Shown here: piece by piece, positions 1 through 8,987 of the stretch
Position numbering within the stretch: the first letter of the stretch is position 1
Layout: each line of letters starts with the position of its first letter
NCBI GenBank assembly: GCA_012027035.1
Contig: VEPD01000249.1
Coordinates: 1-35,179 of the forward strand
DNA from: Ruminiclostridium sp.
GTDB taxonomy: Bacteria; Bacillota; Clostridia; Acetivibrionales; DTU013
Direction of reading: 5' to 3'
DNA: 35,179 bases
Notes under the pieces: model-generated
Told to the model about the DNA's origin: nothing
Seen by the model: only the letters and a program-made list of their open reading frames with translations
The model's database searches: none
Made by a program: the position numbers and the translations under genes

Positions 1-60
1 AACTGGTAGGAAAATATTTATTAATATGATATATCGATAAATAAGAGGGGGATATTAGAA

Positions 61-936
61 TTGAAAAATGGCTTTTTTACAGCTCTGGGTACTCCGTTTG
101 ATGAAAATGGAAACTTTTTGGCAGGCAGTTTTGCCAAGCAAATTGAGGACCAGATTGATAATGGCGCGTCAGGTTTGCTTGTAATGGGCTCAATGGGTAT
201 AGAGCCATACATCAGGGATTGTGAGTATGCCAGCATAGCTAAGGCAGGCGCAGAGGCCGTAAGAGGCAGATGTCCGGTTTTTGTGGGAGTAATGGATAAT
301 TCGGTTGCAAGGGTAATAGACAGGGTAAGGGTACTGGAGGGCTTGAAAATAGACGGTGTAGTAGCAACCGTACCATATTATTATGCGGTAACACAGGAGG
401 AAGCTTGCGGATTTTTCGGAGCAATCGGAAAAAAATCGCCCTTTCCGGTATACATATATGATTTGCCCGTTGTTACAAAAACAAAAATTAGCATAAAAAC
501 GATAGAATATTTGATGTCACAGAAAAACATAAAGGGTATAAAAACAGGTGATATCGTGACAGCCAAAGTGCTTGCGGACATTACAGATCCTAAAGATGAT
601 TTTGAAATATTCTTCAGCAATCTGGATATATTTGATGTTGCTTACAAGTTTGGAATTAGGAGGAATCTGGACGGAATGTTTGCATGCACAGTGCCTTTAG
701 CTTCAAAGATGTACGCTTGTTTTGAAAGGGAAGACTACCAAAATGCCGGTAATTATCTGAACGGCATATTAATGCTCAGGGACACTCTTGTAGGAGTTGG
801 AGTCTTCGCAGGTTTTACCCATGCAATGAACCTGTTGGGATATGAGGGAATATATTCTCCTGATTATTATGTAAAGCTGGATGAAGGGAAGAAAGAGAAA
901 ATAAAAGATTGCATGCGGAAATGCGGGCTGATATAA
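61..936 (+). CDS. Class I aldolase of the DapA / N-acetylneuraminate-lyase family
   Basis: 291-aa ORF with a TTG start downstream of AGAGGGGGA. FTALGTPFDENG, GLLVMGSMGIE and IKGIKTGD (Schiff-base Lys context) fit the DHDPS/NAL family. Cannot separate dapA-like from nanA-like by eye. Confidence 0.7.
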   Translation: MKNGFFTALGTPFDENGNFLAGSFAKQIEDQIDNGASGLLVMGSMGIEPYIRDCEYASIAKAGAEAVRGRCPVFVGVMDNSVARVIDRVRVLEGLKIDGVVATVPYYYAVTQEEACGFFGAIGKKSPFPVYIYDLPVVTKTKISIKTIEYLMSQKNIKGIKTGDIVTAKVLADITDPKDDFEIFFSNLDIFDVAYKFGIRRNLDGMFACTVPLASKMYACFEREDYQNAGNYLNGILMLRDTLVGVGVFAGFTHAMNLLGYEGIYSPDYYVKLDEGKKEKIKDCMRKCGLI

Positions 937-998
937 AATATTTCTCTTATCTTTCAAAAAATATATAAACAAAAGTGGATTTCAAGGAGGTTGTTTTA

Positions 999-1445
999 TT
1001 GGCGCCTATAAAAGAATGGTTTGGAGTATATAACATAATTTTCAACTGGTTTGAAGAGAAATACGGGAGTCAGGCGCTGGAAGAGTATTGGAGGCATATT
1101 GCCGAAAACTGTTACCAGGATGTTATTGAACTTTTTAAAAGGAATGGTCTGGAAGGCATAAAACAGTATATGGAGGAAACCATTAGTCTTGATGATGGGG
1201 AATATGTATCAAGCCTGGAAGATTCGAAAGTTACCTTTAAAGTTAAAAAGTGCCCTGATTATAGATTTTTGAGCTCTTCTTCAAATCCTTTTTTCAAGCC
1301 CGTCAAAAGCTATTGCAAGCATCATGCGGTTATTAATTCTTTTATAGCAGAAAAAAGCGGTTTTGATTTTCACATGGAAGAATGTGATGACAGCGGAGGC
1401 TGCAAATGGGTTTTTAAAAAGCAAACAACGGAAGGGCGTGCTTGA
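999..1445 (+). CDS. Small Cys-motif protein, ATC-hydrolase-like (paralog 1)
   Basis: Track ORF 975..1445. Preferred start is in-frame TTG 999, 8 nt after AGGAGG (985-990). Motifs: KYG..ALEEYW, KCPDY, YCKHH, EECDDSGGCKWVF. The layout resembles the L-2-amino-thiazoline-4-carboxylate hydrolase-like domain family (from memory, not searched). Confidence 0.5.
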   Translation: MAPIKEWFGVYNIIFNWFEEKYGSQALEEYWRHIAENCYQDVIELFKRNGLEGIKQYMEETISLDDGEYVSSLEDSKVTFKVKKCPDYRFLSSSSNPFFKPVKSYCKHHAVINSFIAEKSGFDFHMEECDDSGGCKWVFKKQTTEGRA

Positions 1446-1446
1446 T

Positions 1447-1908
1447 ATGACCGTACATGATTTTATAATGATTTATAATGAAAGCTTCAAATACATCGAA
1501 AACAAATATGGAACTGATGCGTTAAAGGATCTTTGGGAAACAATTTCAAAGCAGTGGTGTACCCACTTGAGAGAGCTTGTAAGTGAATATGGCCTTGAAG
1601 GAATGCTCAAGTACTGGGGTGGTGAAGACGGTACACTTGGACGTGAAAAGGCAGAGTATGAAGTAAGCCTTAAAGATGGGATATTCAAAGGGATCATGAA
1701 CGTTTGCCCGTCTGTGGGCGAGCTGAAAGAAAGGGGCAGGGACATATACCATGGCAAGCTTACATACTGCGACCACTGCACGTATTTATATGTACCGATA
1801 GCTGATGAAAACGGATACAATATGACATGGGACATTGAGTATGATATGGAAGGCGGATGTACGGGCAGGTGCAGCTGGAAATCCTGGGCCGGTGAAAACA
1901 GGGAATAA
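1447..1908 (+). CDS. Small Cys-motif protein, ATC-hydrolase-like (paralog 2)
   Basis: ATG 1447 lies one nt after the TGA of the upstream paralog. Collinear motifs: KYGTDALKDLW, CPSVGE, YCDHC, GGCTGRCSWKSW. The track ORF start at 1363 is an overlapping upstream extension. Confidence 0.55.
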   Translation: MTVHDFIMIYNESFKYIENKYGTDALKDLWETISKQWCTHLRELVSEYGLEGMLKYWGGEDGTLGREKAEYEVSLKDGIFKGIMNVCPSVGELKERGRDIYHGKLTYCDHCTYLYVPIADENGYNMTWDIEYDMEGGCTGRCSWKSWAGENRE

Positions 1909-1911
1909 AAC

Positions 1912-1941
1912 TTGACAACTTATGTTTAAATCCGATATAAT
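1912..1941 (+). promoter_or_regulatory. SigA-type promoter for the AraC-family gene
   Basis: TTGACA (1912-1917), 18-nt spacer, TATAAT (1936-1941), in the intergenic region upstream of ORF 2065. Confidence 0.5.
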
Positions 1942-2064
1942 ATAATTAAGGAACTGGGTTACACAATAAGCAACGTCTGTGGAAATATTACTATATTCGA
2001 CATTATCATAGTTTAGGTAGCTAATACGATCATAAAATGAAAGTATTCTGATTCATAAGGTCGG

Positions 2065-2970
2065 GTGATTAAAATTATGGTAAGTACACAATTAAAATTA
2101 AAAGAAGAATTTGAGATAAGAAACATTATCTCCGTAAATTATCTTGAACTGGCAAGGGTATTTTCGCTAAAGGGCGAAATGCATGACTTCTGGGAATTTT
2201 ATTATGTCGATAAAGGTGAAATCAGGGTTGGAATTGATGATGAAATTTATAATGTATTGCAGGGTGAAATGATTTTATGCAGACCCAATGAATTTCACAA
2301 TATATTGGCAAATGATTCATCCTCCAACATTATTATGATTGCATTTGAGTGTAAATCCAAAGCCATGGACTATCTTGATAAAAAAGTATATTGCCTTAAA
2401 AAGAATGAAGTAAATTTGATTGCAGAGATTTTCAGGAGTAGTTTTCGTGGTTCTGCAACATTCTTTCTATCATCAAATCAGATTTATTCAAGCGGTCTGG
2501 ATGGAATAGCCGATCCATTTTTTGGTTGTGAGCAATATATAAAAATCAATCTTGAACTTCTTCTCCTAACACTGGTCAACAGGAAAAACATATATAGTGA
2601 AACAGAACTTTCATCGCCTTCGAAGGAGAGAAACGAAGATAGTATAGTAGAAAGAATCATAGAATACATGCATGATAATATCAGGTTAAATCTTGTTCTT
2701 GAAGACATATGCAAGTTTTCAAACCTGGGGAAAACATATCTGGAATCAATTTTCAAGAGAAAAACAGGACTGGGTGTAATAGAATATTTTAAGAGATTGA
2801 AGATAAGTCAGGCAAAGCTATTGATAAGAAATGAAAACTATAATTTAAGTGAAATATCCGACCTTTTGGATTTCAGCAGCATCAGTTGTTTTACCAGGTA
2901 CTTCAAACAAATAGAACAAATGACGCCTTCCGAATATGCAAAGTCCATTAAGGCACGAATTAATTGTTAA
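2065..2970 (+). CDS. AraC-family transcriptional regulator (N-terminal cupin sensor plus C-terminal HTH)
   Basis: 301-aa ORF. The C-terminal region (ICKFSNLGKTYLESIFKRKTG...ISDLLDFSSISCFTRYFKQIEQMTPSEY) is a typical AraC double HTH. Start is GTG 2065 or in-frame ATG 2077. Confidence 0.85.
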   Translation: MIKIMVSTQLKLKEEFEIRNIISVNYLELARVFSLKGEMHDFWEFYYVDKGEIRVGIDDEIYNVLQGEMILCRPNEFHNILANDSSSNIIMIAFECKSKAMDYLDKKVYCLKKNEVNLIAEIFRSSFRGSATFFLSSNQIYSSGLDGIADPFFGCEQYIKINLELLLLTLVNRKNIYSETELSSPSKERNEDSIVERIIEYMHDNIRLNLVLEDICKFSNLGKTYLESIFKRKTGLGVIEYFKRLKISQAKLLIRNENYNLSEISDLLDFSSISCFTRYFKQIEQMTPSEYAKSIKARINC

Positions 2971-2999
2971 AAATACTGGCAAGTACATTTTTGATGAAC

Positions 3000-3028
3000 T
3001 TGACAATCTAGGATTAATTGGATATAAT
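3000..3028 (+). promoter_or_regulatory. Consensus SigA-type promoter for the transketolase operon
   Basis: TTGACA (3000-3005), 17-nt spacer, TATAAT (3023-3028). Shares the AACTTGACAA context with the promoter at 1912. Leaves a leader of about 140 nt. Confidence 0.55.
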
Positions 3029-3169
3029 TTTATAAAAAGAAACAAGGTTACTTATAAAGAAACATATATCAATAAAAGATTTTGATGGTTTTTATCCGGA
3101 AAGTTAAGAACCGGGTTTGATAATGTATATTTTTAATATTTGTCTTTTGTGAAAGGTGTCATAATATTC

Positions 3170-5239
3170 ATGGGAAAATACAAAGAGGAAATCCGGAAAG
3201 GAAAAATAAAGCTTTTAAACATAAAGGACTCACAAATAAGGATGATTACTTTGGAGCAGGCATTTAATGCTGTTGATAAAGGTATCCATATCGGAGGATG
3301 TTTTTCTTCTACAATTCCAATGGTTTGTTTATTTTATGGGGGTATTATAAATATCGATGTTAAAAACCCCACTGAAGCCGGGCAGGATATATTTGTCCTA
3401 AGCAAAGGGCATTCGATTGCATTAATGGCGTCGATATACTGTGACCTTGGATATTTTGACAGTTCAGTGTTAAAAAAATCCCGCTCTTTCAGCAGTATTT
3501 TAAATGGTCATCCAGGACCATCATTACCGGGTGTTCATGTTTCAACAGGACCATTGGGGCAAGGGATAAGCGTGGCTGCAGGGTTTTCCCTGATAGGGAA
3601 AGCAGATTATGAATATGATGTATACTCCATTGTGGGAGATGGAGAGTTGCAGGAAGGTATTTTATGGGAACCGGTAATGTATGCGGCATATAAAAAACTT
3701 GATAATTTCTGTGTTATTATTGACAGGAACCGGGGCCAACTTGATGATGTCAAAAATAATGTGATTGACATGGGAGACATAAAAGCAAAGTTTGAAGCAT
3801 TTGGATGGAACGTCCTTGAAGTTGACGGGACACAAATAAAAACCGTATATAATGCCCTTGACAGTTTTAAAACAGGAGAGAGAAATGGACGCCCGACAGC
3901 AATAATATGCAATACATATAAGGGGTATGGCGGCTTCTCGAGTCTAATGAGCAAGCATAAGATAAATCTGACAGAGATGGTATATCATCAGGAATACAAT
4001 CTACAGAAAAACAGGTATGAAAAAAGAGTAGAAGAATTCAAAGAATGGTTTGAAAAGCAAGAAAGTGATGAATTGAAGCAAGCACTCATTGAAACAGCTA
4101 AAAAAATGAATTTTGAAATAAATATCAATGACAGGAGCATCAATATTAATTGTATAAAACCTTCAGTAAAATTAAGACCGGCAAAAATTAAAGATAAAAG
4201 AATTAACTATAAGATAGATCTATTACCAGAGATCGATAGTAACAAGGAATATTCGGCATCAGATATTATAGAAAAAGCTATGAAGGTTTTTGCCGTTGAT
4301 AAAAGAGTAGTTTCCATTGACAGTGATCTTTCATCTGCAAGCGGCCTTATGGCGGGAATATCTTCGGTTGATAGGGAAAGAGCCTTGAACGCGGGTATAG
4401 CGGAGGCTAATATGATGAGTATGGGCGAAGCTTTTGCCGTATGCGGTTATAATGTATGGGTCAGTACATTTTGTCCGTTTTTTGACTGGAAAGTGCTTAG
4501 AAGAATTGCTGTGGGATATCAGGAGAGGCTAGAAGCCATAAAAGAAAAAACGTGGCTTTCGGAAGGGCATGGATTGGATATGACTTTTCTGGCAACTGCC
4601 GCAAACCTTGACACACGTGAAAACGGTGCAACGCATATGGGAAACGACGACATAATGGTATTTGATGAAATTGCCCATTTGAAGATAATAGACGTTTCCT
4701 GTCCGAGACAGCTTCTTTCAATAATGAAATGGATAATGGGGGGAAATAAAGGGCCTGTATACCTGCGTGTAATGCGGGCTCCATCTGGCGTCCTATACGA
4801 CGGCGAATATGAATTCGATTACCAAAAAGGCTTTTATATTATGGAGAGGCAGGATGCGGAAGCAGTTGTTATTTCCAGTGGAAGAGAAGTCCATGAAGCA
4901 GTTGAGGCAGCAAATATTTTAATAGATAAAGGAATAGCAATATCCGTTGTAGACATGCCTTCGATTGATAGCAAAATGTTAAGAGAGTTATATAATAAAA
5001 CGAAAATAATGTTTTTTGCTGAACAGAATAATGGATATATTTATAAAAATTTTATAAAAATTATGTTTGCTTCAGGAAGTATGGTTGATACAGGGAGGAT
5101 CATTCCGGTTAACCTGCTTGTTGAAGGAGGAGACAGACAGTTTATCCATTCGGGTACCATGCAGGAATTAACAGATGGATATGGTTTGTCGGGACAGATG
5201 CTTGCAGCAAAGATAGAAAAAATTTTAAATGAAAGGTAA
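3170..5239 (+). CDS. Transketolase-family ThDP enzyme, N- and C-terminal halves fused
   Basis: ATG 3170 follows GAAAGGTG. The N-terminal half has SKGH, GPLGQGIS, GDGELQEG, FEAFGW (PP domain). The C-terminal half has the Pyr and C-terminal domains (GIAEANMMS..., VVDMPSID). They are joined by a Lys/Glu/Asn-rich linker of about 100 aa. Confidence 0.85.
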   Translation: MGKYKEEIRKGKIKLLNIKDSQIRMITLEQAFNAVDKGIHIGGCFSSTIPMVCLFYGGIINIDVKNPTEAGQDIFVLSKGHSIALMASIYCDLGYFDSSVLKKSRSFSSILNGHPGPSLPGVHVSTGPLGQGISVAAGFSLIGKADYEYDVYSIVGDGELQEGILWEPVMYAAYKKLDNFCVIIDRNRGQLDDVKNNVIDMGDIKAKFEAFGWNVLEVDGTQIKTVYNALDSFKTGERNGRPTAIICNTYKGYGGFSSLMSKHKINLTEMVYHQEYNLQKNRYEKRVEEFKEWFEKQESDELKQALIETAKKMNFEININDRSININCIKPSVKLRPAKIKDKRINYKIDLLPEIDSNKEYSASDIIEKAMKVFAVDKRVVSIDSDLSSASGLMAGISSVDRERALNAGIAEANMMSMGEAFAVCGYNVWVSTFCPFFDWKVLRRIAVGYQERLEAIKEKTWLSEGHGLDMTFLATAANLDTRENGATHMGNDDIMVFDEIAHLKIIDVSCPRQLLSIMKWIMGGNKGPVYLRVMRAPSGVLYDGEYEFDYQKGFYIMERQDAEAVVISSGREVHEAVEAANILIDKGIAISVVDMPSIDSKMLRELYNKTKIMFFAEQNNGYIYKNFIKIMFASGSMVDTGRIIPVNLLVEGGDRQFIHSGTMQELTDGYGLSGQMLAAKIEKILNER

Positions 5240-5257
5240 TATGAAAGGTGTAGAAAA

Positions 5258-7072
5258 GTGAAAAAAACAGGAGCGTTAATTGTTATAGACTACCTGATAA
5301 AGGAAGGCGTTCAATATGTATTCGGTATAACAGGTCATGGATGTCTTCCAATAGTAGACGCCTTAAGAATAAGGGAAAAGGAAGGAAAAATAAAATTCAT
5401 TCAGGTCAGGCAGGAGATGAGTGGTGTCCATATGGCTGACGGATATTTCAGAGTAAAGGGGAAATCTCTTGCGGTATTGACATCAATCGGCGCAGGGGCT
5501 CTAAACACTGCAATAGGCCTTGGGACGGCGTTTGTCGATTCAACATCGCTTCTTATATTGACCGGAGATACACATACCAATATGAGAGGCGTTGGAGTTT
5601 TGCAGGAAATTGAAAGGAAACATGATTCAGACTTTATCAGTTGTGTAAGGCCAATTACAAAAAGATGCTGGAGAACTGAGAATGTCAGGCAGATCCCCAA
5701 GATAATGCAAAGAGCATTCAACGCAATGACAACAGGTAGAAAAGGGCCTGTTGTCGTAAGTTTGCCCATGGATGTACAAGCGGATACAATGGAAATTGAA
5801 GAATACCCGGAATATAGTCATGATACCTACGGCGCTTTCGGATGCGGCAGCAGTGAGAATATTTTGAAGGCATATGAGATGATGAAGAAGGCAAAAAGAC
5901 CTCTTATTGTTGCCGGAGGAGGAGCATACTATTCAAAAGTATCCAGGGAACTTGTGATGCTTTCCGAAAAATGGGGAGCGGCTGTTGTCACTACTCTGGC
6001 AGGTAAAAGCGCCTTTCCGGAAAATCATCCTCTCTACGGATGGCATGGAGGTTCAAAAGGGACGGATATCGGCAATTATCTTTGCAGAACAGCAGATGTG
6101 ATATTGTCACTTGGTGTAAGATTTGCAGATGAATCAACATCCTCATATAGAAAAGGGATTACATATAATTTTCCTGATACCAAGCTAATCCAGGTCGATA
6201 TTGATCCAAGCGAGCTTGGGAAAAACTATCCGTGCAGCGTCGGGATAATCGGTGATATAAAACAGGTTATCAACCAGCTTGCAGAAGTATTTGAGAACGA
6301 TAATCATGTGGTCGATTATTTACACTCGGATTACTACAGGGATATTGAAAATAATAGGAATGTCTGGTTTAGCAAGCTTGGGAAAAACAGGGAAGTCTAG
6401 GTAGATAAACTTACAATATCGCAATTTATCGGGAAGCTGAATGAAATATATCCTGAACAAGGAATAATCGTGACTTCTTCAGGAAACAGCCAGGCACAGA
6501 TATTCCAGGAATACTGCTTCAAAATACCCGGAACGCATGTCACTACCGGTGGCTTTTCGTCCATGGGCTTTGCCATGAATGCAGCAATAGGAATTAAGCT
6601 TGCCCGGCCCGGTACCCCTGTAATGGCGGTAATCGGTGATGGCGATTTTATGATGTGTATGCAGGAAATGGCGACGATGGTGCAGTATAATATTCCTGTA
6701 GTCACGGTCGTATTGAATAATATGGGCTGGATGGCAATAAAGGATTTGCAGATAGATGCATATGGAGAGGAATATGTTTTTGGAAATGACTTTACGACTC
6801 CTGACGGCAGACCTTACTCGCCTGATTTTTCAAAAGTTGCTGAGAATTTTGGGTTGTTTTCAAAAAAGATAAGCAGTATTGATGAGATTGAAAACGCCGT
6901 ACATGAATGTATTATTTCAAACAGACCGGCACTTATAGAAGTAATGGTCAGCAGGAAATATCCGTATACCGGAGGAGAAGCTACGGGATGGTGGGATGTT
7001 CCCGTACCTGAATATATAAAAAATAAATATCAGGCTTTTACAAAAGCAAGGGATAATGAATATCTCAGGTAG
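5258..7072 (+). pseudogene. ThDP-dependent enzyme of the acetolactate-synthase superfamily, IolD-like, interrupted by one in-frame TAG (6398-6400)
   Basis: ORFs 5258..6400 and 6470..7072 share a frame, and the sequence is continuous across the TAG (KNREV-stop-VDKLTISQFIGKLNEIYPEQGIIVTSSGNSQ). ThDP motif GDGDFMM...NN is present. C-terminal GWWDVPVPE resembles the IolD tail as I recall it. Confidence 0.75.
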
Positions 7073-7084
7073 GAGGCTTTGAAG

Positions 7085-7711
7085 GTGAAAATTGCAGTAA
7101 TAAATGAAACAAGTGCAGGGGGCAGAAATAAGGATATCATAGAGGCATTGGAAGGATACGGGCATGAAATATTCAACCTGGGAATGAGGCAAGGGGGCGG
7201 GGATCCGGAGCTTTCATATATTGAGACAGGCCTTCTTGCAGCATTGGCATTAAACCTGGGGAAGGCGGATTTTGTTATTGGAGGCTGTGGTACCGGCCAG
7301 GGATTCCTGAATTCCGTCATGCAATATCCGAATGTTTTCTGCGGCCTTATAACAGAGCCGCTTGATGCATGGTTGTTCGCGCAGATAAACGGCGGGAACT
7401 GTATTTCACTTGCTTTGAACAAAGGGTACGGATGGGGAGGAAATATTAATCTTAAGTTTATTTTTGAAAAACTGTTTTCTGTTGAATGGGGAGAAGGCTA
7501 CCCACCCGAAAGAAAAGTACCCCAACAGCTGAGTAGAAGAGCTCTGAAAGTAATTTCTAAACAGACGCACATGGGATTTGCCTCGATATTGGAAGCAATT
7601 GACAGAGATACTGTAAGGAAAGCTTTAGGTTTTCCCGGCATAAAAGAATTTTTGGATATTGCTAATATCCAAGATATTGCATTAAAAGAAAGAATATTGT
7701 CAGTGCTATAA
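7085..7711 (+). CDS. RpiB/LacA/LacB-family sugar-phosphate isomerase-like protein (long form)
   Basis: GTG 7085 lies 8 nt after AGGAGG (7071-7076). KIAVINETS... and VIGGCGTGQG are typical of the RpiB/LacAB fold. The track ORF begins at TTG 7079. Confidence 0.65.
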   Translation: MKIAVINETSAGGRNKDIIEALEGYGHEIFNLGMRQGGGDPELSYIETGLLAALALNLGKADFVIGGCGTGQGFLNSVMQYPNVFCGLITEPLDAWLFAQINGGNCISLALNKGYGWGGNINLKFIFEKLFSVEWGEGYPPERKVPQQLSRRALKVISKQTHMGFASILEAIDRDTVRKALGFPGIKEFLDIANIQDIALKERILSVL

Positions 7712-7729
7712 TAAAGAAAAGGTCAGTAA

Positions 7730-7843
7730 TACTACAGCGCGAATTACATTATAATATCGGCATTTATGCGCCTTACAGAAATAATCGCGAATGCTTCAAC
7801 GCGTTATTTCTGTAAGGATAATTTGGAAATTCGCGCTGTAGTA
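7730..7843. repeat. 114-bp nested palindromic element (MITE/REP-like), pristine copy
   Basis: Perfect 16-bp terminal inverted repeats: TACTACAGCGCGAATT (7730-7745) and AATTCGCGCTGTAGTA (7828-7843). Inner 18-bp hairpin 7771-7817 with one bulge. GTAA is present on both flanks (7726-7729 and 7844-7847). Diverged homologs lie at 25295 and 19299, in the opposite orientation. Confidence 0.8.
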
Positions 7844-7896
7844 GTAATGAAGATTCGAATCCATATAAAAGTATGAAGAGCCGGAGGAACGAGAAT

Positions 7897-8964
7897 ATGA
7901 AAAATTTCAAGGTTGTTGTTGCAGGGTGTGGAGGCCAATCAGCCTTATGGATGCATTATGCGGTAAAAAGAAGTGACACGGAGATAGTAGGGTTGATAGA
8001 TATAAACAGGGATAGCGCTGTTAAAGCAGCTGAAAAATTTAGCTTGAGCTGCCCGGTGTTTGATAATCCGAAAGATGCAATTAAAAATACCGGTGCAAAT
8101 CTCATATTTAATCTGACTACACCTGCTGCTCACCGTGATATAATCATAACGTCCCTTGAAAGCGGCTGTGATGTTTTTACGGAAAAGCCGTTAGGAGCAA
8201 CCTGGGAGCATGTTCTGCAGATAAAAAAGGTTGTGGGGAATTCGGTAAACAGGCTCACTGTAATGCAGAACAGAAGATACCTGAAAGGAATCCGCGCATT
8301 AAGGGATATTTTTAATTCCGGTATGATCGGGGATATAACTTTTCTGGGAGTGGACTTCTTTTTGTATCCGTTAGGCGATGATCACTGGTACGGTTATAGG
8401 ACAAAAATCAACCATCCGTTGATAACCGATATGGCAATCCATACGTTTGATATGGGCAGGTTCCTGTTGAATAATGCGGATCCGGTTTCAGTATATTGCC
8501 ATGAATTTCAGCCGAAAGCATCGCTTTATAAAGGAAATGCAGGTGCGGTTTGCATTTTTGAAATGTCTGATCATTCTGTTTTTACATATCAGGGAAACTG
8601 GTGCGCCGAGGGATGCCGAACTGAATGGGAAGGAATGTGGAGAGCTACCGGAGTAAAGGGTTCGGCTGTCTGGGATGGAATTGGGAAGCCGTATTTCGAA
8701 ATTCCAATGCCTGAAAATGAAAAAAATTGCGGGTACAAATCCGACAGATATAAAAGGATTGTTGCCGACTATAACTGGCCTGTTTCAGGTGGGGGAGACC
8801 CGGAACCCATAGAAGCGTGTCTGGAGGAAATGTATACCTCGCTTATCGAAGGTAAAAAGTCTGAAACAGATTGGAGCGATAACATTAAGTCTATGGCAAT
8901 GGTTTGTGCAGCTGTAAAAAGTGCAGAAGAAAAGAGAAAAGTATATATTGATGAATTATTATAA
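7897..8964 (+). CDS. Gfo/Idh/MocA-family NAD(P)-dependent oxidoreductase (ThuB-like partner of ThuA)
   Basis: ATG 7897 lies 9 nt after GGAGG. N-terminal Rossmann segment FKVVVAGCGGQS and the EKP motif (VFTEKPL). Sits adjacent to the ThuA-like gene. Confidence 0.8.
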   Translation: MKNFKVVVAGCGGQSALWMHYAVKRSDTEIVGLIDINRDSAVKAAEKFSLSCPVFDNPKDAIKNTGANLIFNLTTPAAHRDIIITSLESGCDVFTEKPLGATWEHVLQIKKVVGNSVNRLTVMQNRRYLKGIRALRDIFNSGMIGDITFLGVDFFLYPLGDDHWYGYRTKINHPLITDMAIHTFDMGRFLLNNADPVSVYCHEFQPKASLYKGNAGAVCIFEMSDHSVFTYQGNWCAEGCRTEWEGMWRATGVKGSAVWDGIGKPYFEIPMPENEKNCGYKSDRYKRIVADYNWPVSGGGDPEPIEACLEEMYTSLIEGKKSETDWSDNIKSMAMVCAAVKSAEEKRKVYIDELL

Positions 8965-8987
8965 AACTGATTTTGAGGGGGCTAATT

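Noticed and set aside
1363-1446. Upstream extensions of track ORFs that overlap the preceding gene (1363, 12785, 25747, 8973, 9828, 33087, 33643).
   Set aside because: In each case an internal ATG, GTG or TTG with a well-spaced GGAGG-type RBS lies just after the upstream stop, and the family-homologous sequence begins there. The extensions are non-coding read-in.
3792-3802. An extra match to the repeat core (TTGAAGCATTT) inside the transketolase gene.
   Set aside because: It encodes the conserved FEAFGW motif, has none of the flanking repeat blocks or stems, and is coincidental.
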